From IMG/VR virus record IMGVR_UViG_3300023199_000127, positions 1 through 64,000 of that record: a stretch of DNA of 64,000 nt, one strand, 5' to 3'. The notes under the pieces are model-generated. The model made no database searches. It saw nothing but the letters and a program-made list of their open reading frames with translations, and had not been told where the DNA came from. Position numbers and translations under genes: made by a program. Source of the stretch: a virus. Below, piece after piece: positions 25,902 to 35,705 of this stretch; position 1 is the first letter of the stretch; every line of letters starts with the position of its first letter.

Positions 25902-27341
25902 ATGGGCGTCCCCACCCTTTCCAGCACGTCACCGATTCAGGGTGCGACCAATGTCGATCTGAACGCAGCCATCTCCGCGCTCTTCTCGGAGGCAATGGAT
26001 GAGGTTTACGTTATCGGCGCGTTGGTCCAGCTGAGAAATGTGGCTCTGGATGAGGTGGTGGACGCCTCCCTCTCCCTGTCTAGTGATGGGCTCACCATCA
26101 CTCTCACTCCGGCCCGCCTGCTCATTCCCAATAGCACCTACAAGCTCACGCTGGTAGGTGCTAATACGGCAGGCGCGCTGGGTGCTCTTCAGAGTACAAC
26201 CGGGGATGATCTAACTACTACGCAGATCATCACGTTCACGACCGGCGAGGAAATCTCCACGTCGGGTCTGGCTAAGACGGAAGAAGAGAGCGCCCAGGAG
26301 GGCGATCTCTCACTCCCGTCCAATGTAAAGGTCACCCCCGGTGGACTCTCTGTTTTGGAGACCACGCCCAAGAACCATTCTTTCGGAAATGATCTTGCGC
26401 TAGATGAGATCATGATCCGGTTCTCGGACTCCATCGACTCTTCTCTCGTAAACGAAGAGACGGTGGACGTTGATATCTTCCCCTTCTTCGAGGAAGACAA
26501 GCACTATGCCCTTGACGTGACACGCGCCGATGGAACGGTGTGTGGGCAATTTGAATTCGAGGGTACTGCAGATCCGACTGGTGGGCCTCTCGATTTCACC
26601 CCTCCGTCTGGTACGCTCAGCGTAACAGGCAACAAGATCTTGTGGACTCGAGACACCGGCGGGAACCCCTTCCCCTACAATGCCTGTGTCGAGATCACCT
26701 TGGACTCTACCCTGGCAGACACAGGTGGTAACACTCTGGGCAAGGACAAGCGGTTCACGTTCTGCTCCAAGCCCTTCCCGGACTGGGTGAAGATCCGCAA
26801 GATTCGCCACAAGATGTATCCGATCGACATCTCTAGATTCGCTGACGACTTCATTGGACTGACTCTATGGACAGCATCCATGGAGATCGGAAACTGGATC
26901 AGGTGGGCGCTCGAGGATCTATGCTTGCCCCCTCGTACGGTGAAACAGCTCCTGACCTGCAAGACGGTCGCGGAGATGTTCTATGTGATGCAGGCGGAGC
27001 ATCAGATGAAGCAGGGCCAGTACAAGAGGCTTGGAGACTTTGAGGTCGAGTTCAGGCATCCCACTTCACGTAGCGCAGATACGAAGCCTGCTGCTTTGCA
27101 GGAGGCTGAGTCCTGTATCGAAAAGCTCAAGCGTCGTCTTACTGCCTACTGGCACCGTCCGCGCGCTTTCGTCAAGGGAGTTGGCTCCACTTACGATCGT
27201 CCGGATTATCGCCGGCGTCTCTGGCGTCAGGCTCTTGCCTTCACGAACTCCGCGCACCCGATTGTCGAGGATCTTCCGGGAGCTAACTTGGGTACGGAAA
27301 GACATTCTGGAACGCCTGGTGCGTTCGATCCCTGGAGTTAG
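25902..27341 (+). CDS. Ig-like (SbsA/Big_5-type) domain protein fused to a probable head-tail adaptor
   Basis: Two Ig-like starts (TSPIQGATNVDLNAAISALFSEAMD; TTPKNHSFG..IMIRFSDSID); helical C-terminus with YKRLGDFEVEF. Confidence 0.65.
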   Translation: MGVPTLSSTSPIQGATNVDLNAAISALFSEAMDEVYVIGALVQLRNVALDEVVDASLSLSSDGLTITLTPARLLIPNSTYKLTLVGANTAGALGALQSTTGDDLTTTQIITFTTGEEISTSGLAKTEEESAQEGDLSLPSNVKVTPGGLSVLETTPKNHSFGNDLALDEIMIRFSDSIDSSLVNEETVDVDIFPFFEEDKHYALDVTRADGTVCGQFEFEGTADPTGGPLDFTPPSGTLSVTGNKILWTRDTGGNPFPYNACVEITLDSTLADTGGNTLGKDKRFTFCSKPFPDWVKIRKIRHKMYPIDISRFADDFIGLTLWTASMEIGNWIRWALEDLCLPPRTVKQLLTCKTVAEMFYVMQAEHQMKQGQYKRLGDFEVEFRHPTSRSADTKPAALQEAESCIEKLKRRLTAYWHRPRAFVKGVGSTYDRPDYRRRLWRQALAFTNSAHPIVEDLPGANLGTERHSGTPGAFDPWS

Positions 27342-27346
27342 GCGTT

Positions 27347-27676
27347 ATGGGTGACAGCAATAAGACCGATAAGGACCTTGAAGTGCGCCGAGACAATGCA
27401 AAAGGCTTCTACATTTCTGGCAACGTAAAGTGGATCACAGAGGTATTGGTGATCATCTTTGCAGTTGGTATGGGATGGGCTACGTTGGCCGCCCAACAGA
27501 ATACCAACAAAGCTGAACTCACCAGGCAGTACACGGTTATTCGAGAGCTGATTAATGATCGCCGCGATCATGAATCGCGGCTGGTAATTCTCGAACAGAA
27601 GGCCGAGAGTACGAAGGAAACCCTGGTGGAGATGAAAGACATGTTGAAGGAGATTATCAGAAAGGTAGATAAGTAA
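27347..27676 (+). CDS. Single-TM coiled-coil protein, 109 aa (holin- or XhlA-like architecture)
   Basis: TM VLVIIFAVGMGWATLAA followed by a coiled coil. Confidence 0.6.
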   Translation: MGDSNKTDKDLEVRRDNAKGFYISGNVKWITEVLVIIFAVGMGWATLAAQQNTNKAELTRQYTVIRELINDRRDHESRLVILEQKAESTKETLVEMKDMLKEIIRKVDK

Positions 27677-27963
27677 TGGCACATCCCGAAGATGTCATCA
27701 ATCCCAGCAACCTAGTTACTGGTAGTCAGGCCATCAGTGGTACTGCCGCTGAGATGCTTGAAGCTCAAGATGGAGCTCGAGGCGGTCTGGTCATCAATAA
27801 TCAGAGCGACGATGTGGCATACATTGCCATGGGTTCCGCTGCAGACAATGATGCGTTTCCCCTTGCGGCCAATGGGGGCGAACTTGCTCTCGGCGATTAC
27901 CGCGGTGCAGTCTGGATCAGGGGAGACGGCTCAGGCCGTGTACACTACGCTTACACCCTCTAG
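27676..27963 (+). CDS. Small beta-rich virion protein, 95 aa
   Basis: TAATG coupling; beta-sandwich-like pattern RGGLVINNQSDDVAYIAMG. Confidence 0.7.
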   Translation: MAHPEDVINPSNLVTGSQAISGTAAEMLEAQDGARGGLVINNQSDDVAYIAMGSAADNDAFPLAANGGELALGDYRGAVWIRGDGSGRVHYAYTL

Positions 27964-27971
27964 AAGGTATC

Positions 27972-28847
27972 GTGGGCATACGTCAACGTCGTAACCGATA
28001 TCTACACCGTGGTCGTCCTATGGGCGATTGGGCATACGGTGGCCTGGGCGGCCCTATGGGCCGGCCTGCGGCTATTGTTGGTGGTGGAGGTGGCGGTGGA
28101 TATCCCACAGCTCTCGTACTCCTGTCTCCCAATCTAGATGAGACAAACGATCCGTTAAATCAGGGCACCCTTGGTGGCCAGGCAGTGAACGGAAACGGTG
28201 TAGATCCGGATACCACTTGGGATGTGAATACCACGACTAGGGATGGAGTAAACGTGTGGGTGGCTTCTCATCCCTCCAGCTCTATTACACTGGACCTGAG
28301 CGCTCTGGGGTTTGACGATGACTATCTGCCTGTCAGTGGGACTGATAAATCATTGACTCTTGTCATTATGACCTATGTAGATGGTTCTTTGTCTGATCGT
28401 GCTGATTACGCTGGGCTCATTGGCTCTGGTGGTGCATCGACGGCCATTGTAGGTTTGCAAAATGAACTTGGTGGCTCTCAACCTGAGTGGGAGATTCATG
28501 CAGGTAATCAGGAAGACAATTTTGATAACGGCAATGGAAACAATGCATGGAATCTATGGGTTATTGATGTTGCGTATACCTGGGATGGGGGAGCAGGACG
28601 ACATGCACGAGTAGTTCATGCTTACAGGAACGATATGACCTCTGCTGTCTTGGATGATACAGGCGTAGCCAATATCTTTCCCAAGACAGCTGGTGGTACA
28701 GAGTTCTATATTGGGAGCAACAGTAAAGACATGGAACCATTTTCTGAGATTGCATACGCTTCACTGCATGCTGGTATCATGGATGAAGAGACGCGTGCTA
28801 ATCTCAAGTCACATCTCGAGACAACTCATGGAGTGACATTTGCATAA
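27972..28847 (+). CDS. Putative head/neck fibre protein with a lectin-like (LamG/concanavalin-type) domain
   Basis: Gly-rich linker followed by a beta-rich domain ending FSEIAYASLHAG..LKSHLETTHG. Confidence 0.55.
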   Translation: MGIRQRRNRYLHRGRPMGDWAYGGLGGPMGRPAAIVGGGGGGGYPTALVLLSPNLDETNDPLNQGTLGGQAVNGNGVDPDTTWDVNTTTRDGVNVWVASHPSSSITLDLSALGFDDDYLPVSGTDKSLTLVIMTYVDGSLSDRADYAGLIGSGGASTAIVGLQNELGGSQPEWEIHAGNQEDNFDNGNGNNAWNLWVIDVAYTWDGGAGRHARVVHAYRNDMTSAVLDDTGVANIFPKTAGGTEFYIGSNSKDMEPFSEIAYASLHAGIMDEETRANLKSHLETTHGVTFA

Positions 28848-29395
28848 TGGGTATTGTTGATGATGTCCCGGAGTGGGGTAACACCACCCCCGATGGGATC
28901 CCTGATCCTTTGCTAACGAACCCCTTTGATGGGGAAGTGAATACTCGTGTCGAGTTCGACAAGCTCATCAGGAGGTACGGCCACTTCGTCGTGCTTCGGC
29001 GTTTCTTGCGCCGAGCAGCACGACAGGACTCGTTTGATGAATTGTACGAGGAGGCCTCTAGAGATGCTCTGCGAAGGCTTACGGATGGACGCGCATACGT
29101 GGATCACCTGGTGCTTGCACGTAAGCGCACTGTGGTCCCTGGCTTTGAAAAACAGTCCGAGTTTGGTGAAGTGATCACCCCTGGACTGTTCTTCTACATG
29201 CAGCCGATTGCTGAGCCCACGGAAGAGGACTGGATTGTAGAGATTGCTCTGAACTCCACTGGAGCTCCGATTACTCCCTACAAAGCAGTGCGGTACTACA
29301 ACATCATGGACCCCCACGACCATCGTGACATCAAGGGTCAGCTCTCGCACTATCGTCTGAGAGTGGAACGGAGATCGGTCGATGGCCGGAAGTAA
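28847..29395 (+). CDS. Neck / head-closure protein, 182 aa
   Basis: Position; FDKLIRRYGHFVVLRR and RDIKGQLSHYRLRVE are stopper-like segments. Confidence 0.6.
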   Translation: MGIVDDVPEWGNTTPDGIPDPLLTNPFDGEVNTRVEFDKLIRRYGHFVVLRRFLRRAARQDSFDELYEEASRDALRRLTDGRAYVDHLVLARKRTVVPGFEKQSEFGEVITPGLFFYMQPIAEPTEEDWIVEIALNSTGAPITPYKAVRYYNIMDPHDHRDIKGQLSHYRLRVERRSVDGRK

Positions 29396-30572
29396 TGATC
29401 CCCGTGGGCGTCCCAACCTGGAGCGTGTAGATGAGATGCCCCCGGTGTATTACGATACACGCAAGCAGGGATGGCTCATCTCTCAGGGCATTCGTCCAGA
29501 AGGCCCTGATGATCCTCGTATCGGACAGCCTCCGCGGCAGAAGCGCCATCGCTCCGCTGATGAGGAAGAGTTCATTCGCCTTGTGGAGGAGGCAATGCGT
29601 CTCTACCAGATGACCTGGTACCCCTCTGGTAGGAACGCCAATCTCATCTACTTCCCCTTCATGTTCATTAAGCCCCAGACTACCTGGAAGCTGCGTAATG
29701 TTTCCACTGGTGAAAAGTATGCTGTTCAGCATGCTACGGTAGATGACACGGATCAGAACTTTACTGGTGCTGTTTTGCTGCGCCATGAGAGAGTGACCAG
29801 CCGTGGACCTATCCAGTCACCATTCTTTGCCCACGAAGGATCCAGGGACCGCGCCACGGACAGGTTGGTGTGGGAGGATGAGAAGGGCAAGATCATTGAG
29901 TTCCATCAGGCAGATCCTAACGTGCTCGCTTCAGAGCTCGTAGCTCTGTCTGATGAGGCAGATCAGGACGCCGGCACGCCGCCGTCCTTCCCGCCCACGA
30001 TCTCAGTGATGCTCGAGCGCCAGGAGCCTGGATCAATGGGCAAGGCTCCCTTCGGGGAGCCGAAGCAGCTCAAGCCCCATATCCGGGAGACTGTTGAGGA
30101 TCCTGGTGACCCCATCAACTATGCCTTGGAGATCCAGGGATGGTGGATGGACAACCTGTTTCAGTTTGATTGCTTCTCGCCCTCGGCCAAGGAAGCCAAC
30201 CGACTTGTGCGGTGGTTCAAGAACTTTATGGTCTGGTGCGAGGGGGTATTTATGCTGAACGGAGTCCAGCGCATCCTATATTGGGACCGTCGCTCGGATA
30301 GAGTCACGGAGAAATTCCGTGATCGTTTGGCCCAGAGACCCATCCGATACTACGCCCGCACGGAGGATTTTCACATCATCCGGCGCCGTAGAATCACCTC
30401 TCTCAAGCTCACAATACGCACCCAGGGCCGGCCTACAACGGCCCTTTTGACCGGTGAGGACACCGGAATTTCCGCCCCCGTCAATGGTTTCGATTTTTGG
30501 CATGATGAGACGGGAGGCTGGCTGGGTGGTAGTATTGGAATCGAGGAATCGATTCTCCCGTACGAGTTCTAG
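29382..30572 (+). CDS. Tail completion / terminator-like protein, 396 aa
   Basis: Directly upstream of the sheath; DNLFQFDCFSPSAKEANRLVRWF. Confidence 0.6.
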   Translation: MAGSNDPRGRPNLERVDEMPPVYYDTRKQGWLISQGIRPEGPDDPRIGQPPRQKRHRSADEEEFIRLVEEAMRLYQMTWYPSGRNANLIYFPFMFIKPQTTWKLRNVSTGEKYAVQHATVDDTDQNFTGAVLLRHERVTSRGPIQSPFFAHEGSRDRATDRLVWEDEKGKIIEFHQADPNVLASELVALSDEADQDAGTPPSFPPTISVMLERQEPGSMGKAPFGEPKQLKPHIRETVEDPGDPINYALEIQGWWMDNLFQFDCFSPSAKEANRLVRWFKNFMVWCEGVFMLNGVQRILYWDRRSDRVTEKFRDRLAQRPIRYYARTEDFHIIRRRRITSLKLTIRTQGRPTTALLTGEDTGISAPVNGFDFWHDETGGWLGGSIGIEESILPYEF

Positions 30573-30602
30573 AACTATAGGAACCACGAGGAAAAACAAG
30601 CC

Positions 30603-32024
30603 ATGGCAACGAAAACCCTCGACAAGGCTCTGCCGGGGACCCAAGTTACGGTCAACGACAAGGGCTTGGCGATCTCCCCCGAGGTGGCGGGCAAGAAGCT
30701 CACCATCATGGGTACCACTACAAATGACGTCCTGACGCTCCGTGAGCCGACCCGCATTCGCGATGCTAAGCGCATCGCGACTGCGCTGGATCATGGTGAC
30801 GGCCGCCCCTCCGAGCTCTCGCTCGCGGTGGAGGCTGCTCTCCGTGCCGGCGCCGAGAACATCGAGGTGATCAAGATTGCCGATGCTTCCGGTGAGGACA
30901 TCGACAACTACAGCCCCGAAGACCGATTCGATGCACTTGAGGAGGCTTATGACGTCCTCAAGGTCGTGCCGGTTGATGTCGTCGTCCCTGTTGGCGCCAA
31001 GTTTGATGTGCTGCCCACGGGTGTCAACTCGAATGGCACCACGCGCAAGGCGTTCTGGAAGCAGCTGGGCGACTTCTGCTACCAGTCCACCAAGGAGGCC
31101 AACTCGGTGATCGGTGTCATTGCGACCCGCACCCCGAGTGAGCATGCCTATAACCAGAGCCTGTCCGGTGCACCCACTGGCGAGGCCGGTTGGCTCTTCG
31201 ATACCCCCGCCATTGCTCACATTACGGATTGGTCAAACTACCTGCAGGCACTCGGTGGCTATTCCGCCGAGCACTTCACGGACTATCTGGCCGGTTCCAA
31301 TGAGACCAGCCCTGGCGTCCTGGATTCGAACTACGATGGCTGGGCCCGTGACACCGGTGGCACGATTGCTGTCGATGAGAAGGGCAACAACGTAGACGGT
31401 GGTGCTCGAATCTCCGTCGTGGCTGTTGCTGCACGCATTCGCCACGACCGTGTGCGGACGCTGGGCAACAAGCTCGGCCTCTCCGCCCAGACGGACATGA
31501 ACACGGATGGCGCTGTCGAGTATGGCGCGATCCTGACCCGCCTGCCTGCTGAGGTTGGCGCCACGAACAAGACGATCCCGGGCGTGTTCGCTGCTCGCCA
31601 GCTTTCCGCCTCCATGGCCAAGAACCTGATGAACTTCCGCTACGTGACGATGGTTGACCGTAACCTCGGCTACGTGGTCGTGAAGGACGTCACGGGTGCC
31701 CACTATGCGTCGAACGAGACGAAGTCGGACTTCGTCCTCACGCAGGTCGTCCGCATTGTGGATGAGGCGATCGATATTGTCCGCGAGGCCGGCGAGGAGT
31801 TCATCTCCAAGCCCCTCAACGCGGCAAACATTGGCGCCATGGACAACGCTCTCCGCGAGTCGCTCAAGGGTATGCAGCGTGCTGGTGCCCTCAAGCGCTT
31901 CGATCTCGGCATCCTTGCGGACGCCGATGCGCAGGCCCTCGGTGAGCTCAACATCGACCTTACGCTGGTGCCGGCTGTCGAGCTGATCCAGATCAACACG
32001 ACCCTCTCCCTCGCGAAGGAGTAA
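30603..32024 (+). CDS. Contractile tail sheath protein
   Basis: C-terminal VRIVDEAIDIVREAGEEFISKP..LTLVPAVELIQINTTL; strong codon bias. Confidence 0.92.
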   Translation: MATKTLDKALPGTQVTVNDKGLAISPEVAGKKLTIMGTTTNDVLTLREPTRIRDAKRIATALDHGDGRPSELSLAVEAALRAGAENIEVIKIADASGEDIDNYSPEDRFDALEEAYDVLKVVPVDVVVPVGAKFDVLPTGVNSNGTTRKAFWKQLGDFCYQSTKEANSVIGVIATRTPSEHAYNQSLSGAPTGEAGWLFDTPAIAHITDWSNYLQALGGYSAEHFTDYLAGSNETSPGVLDSNYDGWARDTGGTIAVDEKGNNVDGGARISVVAVAARIRHDRVRTLGNKLGLSAQTDMNTDGAVEYGAILTRLPAEVGATNKTIPGVFAARQLSASMAKNLMNFRYVTMVDRNLGYVVVKDVTGAHYASNETKSDFVLTQVVRIVDEAIDIVREAGEEFISKPLNAANIGAMDNALRESLKGMQRAGALKRFDLGILADADAQALGELNIDLTLVPAVELIQINTTLSLAKE

Positions 32025-32030
32025 TCCCAG

Positions 32031-32747
32031 ATGACCGTCCAGCGCTCTGAGTTCACTCGCACCTACAACTCGTTCTCGGGTGTCGACATGTTCGCCATGT
32101 TCGGCAGCATCCTGATTGGCGAGCTGCAGGGCATTTCATACACCATCACCCGTGAGAAGGCCCCGCTGTACACCATGGGTTCGGCCGATCCCCGGTCGTT
32201 CTCCCGTGGTAAGCGAGGCATCGCGGGTTCCCTTATATTCCTGGTCTTCGACCGTAACGCCCTCCTCTCGAGTATGATCGGCACCAAGTCCGGTCAGTTC
32301 CTTGCGAACGAGTACGAGACGGAGGAGAGCCGCCGTATCGAGGCTGCTCCCGACGTGAACAAGGAAGTCCAGGGTACTGGTTCTGTTGGTGCTGCAGCGG
32401 TCGATGATGTAGACCGCAGCCAGCTGATCAATCAGGGCATCAACACCCGGAAGGTCATCGCGTCTGCAAAGTACCATGACCAGATCCTTCCGTTCGACGT
32501 CGTTATCCTTGCCGGCAACGAGTATGGCCATTCGGCCAAGATGGTTATCCACAATGTGGAGATCATGAACTGTGGTTCCGGTATGTCGATCGATGACATC
32601 ACTACGGATGAGTCGTGCACGTGGGTCGCTACGCAGATCACGCCCTGGCACGCCCAGACGTGGATCGAGCCGCGTACCGGCAAGCAGATCGACGTTGAGC
32701 AGACTCCGCCCTGGATCACCAACGCTGCAGGCCGTTCGGCTCGCTAG
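32031..32747 (+). CDS. Major tail tube protein
   Basis: Follows the sheath; ELQGISYTITREKAPLYTMG..RGKRGIAGSLIF; strong codon bias; followed by a terminator. Confidence 0.85.
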   Translation: MTVQRSEFTRTYNSFSGVDMFAMFGSILIGELQGISYTITREKAPLYTMGSADPRSFSRGKRGIAGSLIFLVFDRNALLSSMIGTKSGQFLANEYETEESRRIEAAPDVNKEVQGTGSVGAAAVDDVDRSQLINQGINTRKVIASAKYHDQILPFDVVILAGNEYGHSAKMVIHNVEIMNCGSGMSIDDITTDESCTWVATQITPWHAQTWIEPRTGKQIDVEQTPPWITNAAGRSAR

Positions 32748-32759
32748 GTGATCTCTGTC

Positions 32760-32768
32760 TGATACAAT
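32760..32768 (+). promoter_or_regulatory. Extended -10 element TGATACAAT directly upstream of the post-tube terminator
   Basis: Same motif and geometry as 25123-25131. Confidence 0.45.
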
Positions 32769-32770
32769 AA

Positions 32771-32799
32771 GGGCTGGCCAGGACGGCTAGCCCTTTTTT
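32771..32799 (+). terminator. Intrinsic terminator after the tail tube gene
   Basis: GGGCTGGCC-aggac-GGCTAGCCC stem with one G:U pair, followed by T6. Confidence 0.88.
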
Positions 32800-32807
32800 G
32801 TTCTACC

Positions 32808-33656
32808 ATGGCACTTCGACACCCTAGCATCCCTCGAAATCTGCCCAGGCGCGCTCATCCTAAGGGCGTGCTACAGGCCAAGCCCGGTGAAGGGGCACCC
32901 GCAGCCGGCAACGCTCCTAGCGTATCCGGCGGCGGTATGTTCCGCCCCGTGCAATACAACTCGTACTCCGGTACGGACATGCTTGCAGTAATGCACATGC
33001 CTAAGACTAAGGATCGAGATCTGCTGGCAGCTGGTGCTACCGACGACGAGGTTCAGTCTTACCTCCAGAATCAGGCGACTCTAAGAACCTTCGCGGAGCT
33101 CGGTACCTTGTCCATCTCCTCGGCTAGGTCTGTACACCCTGTACGCCGGCTGGGGGAGTCTCATGTCTTTGCATACACACGTGGTGCCCGCACTGTGGCG
33201 GGAACGATGGTGTTCGCTATGTTGGACCGTGATGTGATGGCAGACTTCTACCGGGACAACCCGGATGAGATCCAGACCTCTGCCCCGTTCTTCGTGGATC
33301 AGATGCCTGAGTTCAATATCTACATTGCAGCCGCTAACGAGTACGGAGGTACTACCAGTGCAGGTCTGGTAGGTATCACTCTGACTAACTGGGGGCAGAC
33401 GCTCTCTGTGGATGACATCTATACAGAGGTCACGTATACGTTTGTGGCTAAGTTCTACCTTCCGTTCGTTCCTGACTATGCCTCCTTTAACAGGATGGTA
33501 CAGCTGCAGGACGCAGCCGAAGGCAGCATGCGTCCTGCATCTCGTATGCGCGACGTGGAGCGAGCCGGCGCCAATGGGCCCGAGGAGGATGAGCGGGCCA
33601 TCGATGAAGCTAACGACTATGCTCAGTCTCTCTTCGATAGGGCAGATGTGTTTTAA
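32808..33656 (+). CDS. Tail tube paralogue 2 (tube initiator-like)
   Basis: YNSYSGTDM, TRGARTVAGTMVF and DQMPEFNIYIAAANEYG align with the major tube. Confidence 0.8.
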   Translation: MALRHPSIPRNLPRRAHPKGVLQAKPGEGAPAAGNAPSVSGGGMFRPVQYNSYSGTDMLAVMHMPKTKDRDLLAAGATDDEVQSYLQNQATLRTFAELGTLSISSARSVHPVRRLGESHVFAYTRGARTVAGTMVFAMLDRDVMADFYRDNPDEIQTSAPFFVDQMPEFNIYIAAANEYGGTTSAGLVGITLTNWGQTLSVDDIYTEVTYTFVAKFYLPFVPDYASFNRMVQLQDAAEGSMRPASRMRDVERAGANGPEEDERAIDEANDYAQSLFDRADVF

Positions 33657-34417
33657 TGCGTGACGGCAGTTATCCCACTCCCGCACAGACGTCTATCTTT
33701 GTAGACGACATCTGGATTGACGATGCATACCAGGTGAACTACGAAGAGGAGAACGCACGTATCCCGATCTATGGATACAACAGATCTGACTTTGGCATGG
33801 TCGCTGACGGAAAGGTCATCATCACGGGCAACATCGTGATCAACTTCCGTTATCCCGACTATCTGGGCCGTGCCATCAGGAACGCTCTTCGGTTTCGTAG
33901 CAATCAGAAGGAGCGTGCACAACGTAACCAGAATTTGCAGGACCCCTATGCCCCGTCGCCCCTGGCCAAGCCCAGGCTCGACCGAGCACAGATGAGAAGG
34001 TTGCTGCAAGATATTCGCACCGCCAGTCCCACGGATCGCATCAAAAAGATGGGTGAGGCTCTAGCCAAGGGCACCTTCGGCCAGGTTGCTGGCCTGTCCC
34101 GGTCCCTCTTTGGCCAGAGTGAGTCCGAGCGTATCATCGGTTCCCTACTGGATGATGCCAACCCCGTGCGAATGTCCTCCAGGGAGGGCGGTTTCAATAT
34201 CCAGCTGGTTTACGGCCATGCCTCTGGGAGAAGCGTGGTCGAAAAAATCGAAGAGTGCTATATCACTGGCCGCAGCAAGGTTCTTACCGCAGCTGCTGGT
34301 AGTGGTGGAAATTCGAGCGGGAATGTGGTCTACGAGGTCTACCCTTTTATTGCTAAGCGTGTACAATCAGACATCGTAGACCTGAGCCAGAGGGCTCAGG
34401 ACCCCACTGAGGAGTAA
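33656..34417 (+). CDS. Tail tube paralogue 3 (tube initiator-like)
   Basis: IPIYGYNRSDFGMVADGKVIITGNIVINF matches the tube core pattern. Confidence 0.65.
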   Translation: MRDGSYPTPAQTSIFVDDIWIDDAYQVNYEEENARIPIYGYNRSDFGMVADGKVIITGNIVINFRYPDYLGRAIRNALRFRSNQKERAQRNQNLQDPYAPSPLAKPRLDRAQMRRLLQDIRTASPTDRIKKMGEALAKGTFGQVAGLSRSLFGQSESERIIGSLLDDANPVRMSSREGGFNIQLVYGHASGRSVVEKIEECYITGRSKVLTAAAGSGGNSSGNVVYEVYPFIAKRVQSDIVDLSQRAQDPTEE

Positions 34418-34419
34418 AC

Positions 34420-34917
34420 ATGAGCGACGAACAGCCCGTCAACACTGAACAGTCCCCTGTCGACCAGAGGAATCCCGAGGACAAGGTCCCGGGCCTCGAG
34501 CTGACCTGGGGCATGGTAGAAGCCATGGAGATGGATGAGGCCGAGGAGAAGAACTTCATTTCTGCAGCACAGCAGGCGAAGCAGTCCTTCCGTAGCCCTC
34601 AGTTCATCTTCCTCGCCGGCCGCCCGTACATCCATCGCACGGTGAACCGTCGCGAGATGTCCAAGCTGCGCACGGATGTGGCATTGCGTATCAACCAGCT
34701 TGCTGAGAACGCACCTGAGGGACTGGATCCCCAGCAGGCGCGCGCGCAGCTGATGAAGGACACCATGGAGGAAGCCCTGGTCGAGGCATGCAGCATCTAT
34801 CCGAAGTATGATCGAGTTTCGATCCGCGAAGAGGACGCTGGCATCATCACGAGCCTGCATGATTCCATCGTCGAAGCTTCGGGCTACAACCAGCCTGCAT
34901 CCCCCATTCGCCTGTAA
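34420..34917 (+). CDS. Tail assembly chaperone 1
   Basis: Small acidic helical protein between the tube genes and the TMP. Confidence 0.7.
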   Translation: MSDEQPVNTEQSPVDQRNPEDKVPGLELTWGMVEAMEMDEAEEKNFISAAQQAKQSFRSPQFIFLAGRPYIHRTVNRREMSKLRTDVALRINQLAENAPEGLDPQQARAQLMKDTMEEALVEACSIYPKYDRVSIREEDAGIITSLHDSIVEASGYNQPASPIRL

Positions 34918-34928
34918 GGGGGAGATCG

Positions 34929-35705
34929 GTGATCCGATCTCCTTGGGACCTCCCCCGTGAAGTGAGGGAGCTGGTACCGCGACTCAAAAAGGACCATGAT
35001 GTCCTATACGTGGTGGAGCTCCAGAATGACACAGGGGAGGTCTATGCGATCTTCCGCCCAATGCGGAAGGAGGAGGTGCGTTACCTCGAAGAGAACGCAC
35101 CGTACCACGATGAGTGGTGGATGGAGGGATGGATTATCGGCCACACTTTGGTGTGGCCTGATCCACATGTTCTCGATGAATGGCTTGCTGGGACCGTTGA
35201 GTCGCTTGGTGACTCGATCATCGAGGCTTCCGGATGGTCTTCGGTCGAGGCAACCGTTGAGGGTATTCACCTCGCTAGGCAAGAGGCGACGTCACTGGAC
35301 TCTGCCATTCTCGCGTTTATCTGCAAGGCATTCCCGTCCATCCATCCGCGGGACCTCCAGAAAATGACCTTGCTCGAGACTCAGATCATGCTGGCCCGTG
35401 CAGAGATGATCCTGGGCCAGCCACTCGATCTGCAGATGTTCCTGGATCCGGAGGGGTACCAGAAGAGGCTGAAGCGCCAGCAGCGCTTCCAGCCGCCTGC
35501 CATGCTCCCGGATGATCCGGGTGCATTCGACACTCCGCCGGAGGCCATGCAGCGGCCTCGCCGGCCAACCCGCCCGCATCACAGCTATCTGCCCGATACT
35601 CCGATGGACGAGAAAGAAATGCTTTCTCCGGACGCAGCCACTAAACTTAGGAGTGGAGATTCCCTCCGAGATGAAATGGCTGCCCATCAGGACTTCCTTG
35701 GCTAA
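34929..35705 (+). CDS. Tail assembly chaperone 2 (paralogue of chaperone 1)
   Basis: Own GGGGAG RBS; AGTVESLGDSIIEASGW aligns with AGIITSLHDSIVEASGY. Confidence 0.7.
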   Translation: MIRSPWDLPREVRELVPRLKKDHDVLYVVELQNDTGEVYAIFRPMRKEEVRYLEENAPYHDEWWMEGWIIGHTLVWPDPHVLDEWLAGTVESLGDSIIEASGWSSVEATVEGIHLARQEATSLDSAILAFICKAFPSIHPRDLQKMTLLETQIMLARAEMILGQPLDLQMFLDPEGYQKRLKRQQRFQPPAMLPDDPGAFDTPPEAMQRPRRPTRPHHSYLPDTPMDEKEMLSPDAATKLRSGDSLRDEMAAHQDFLG

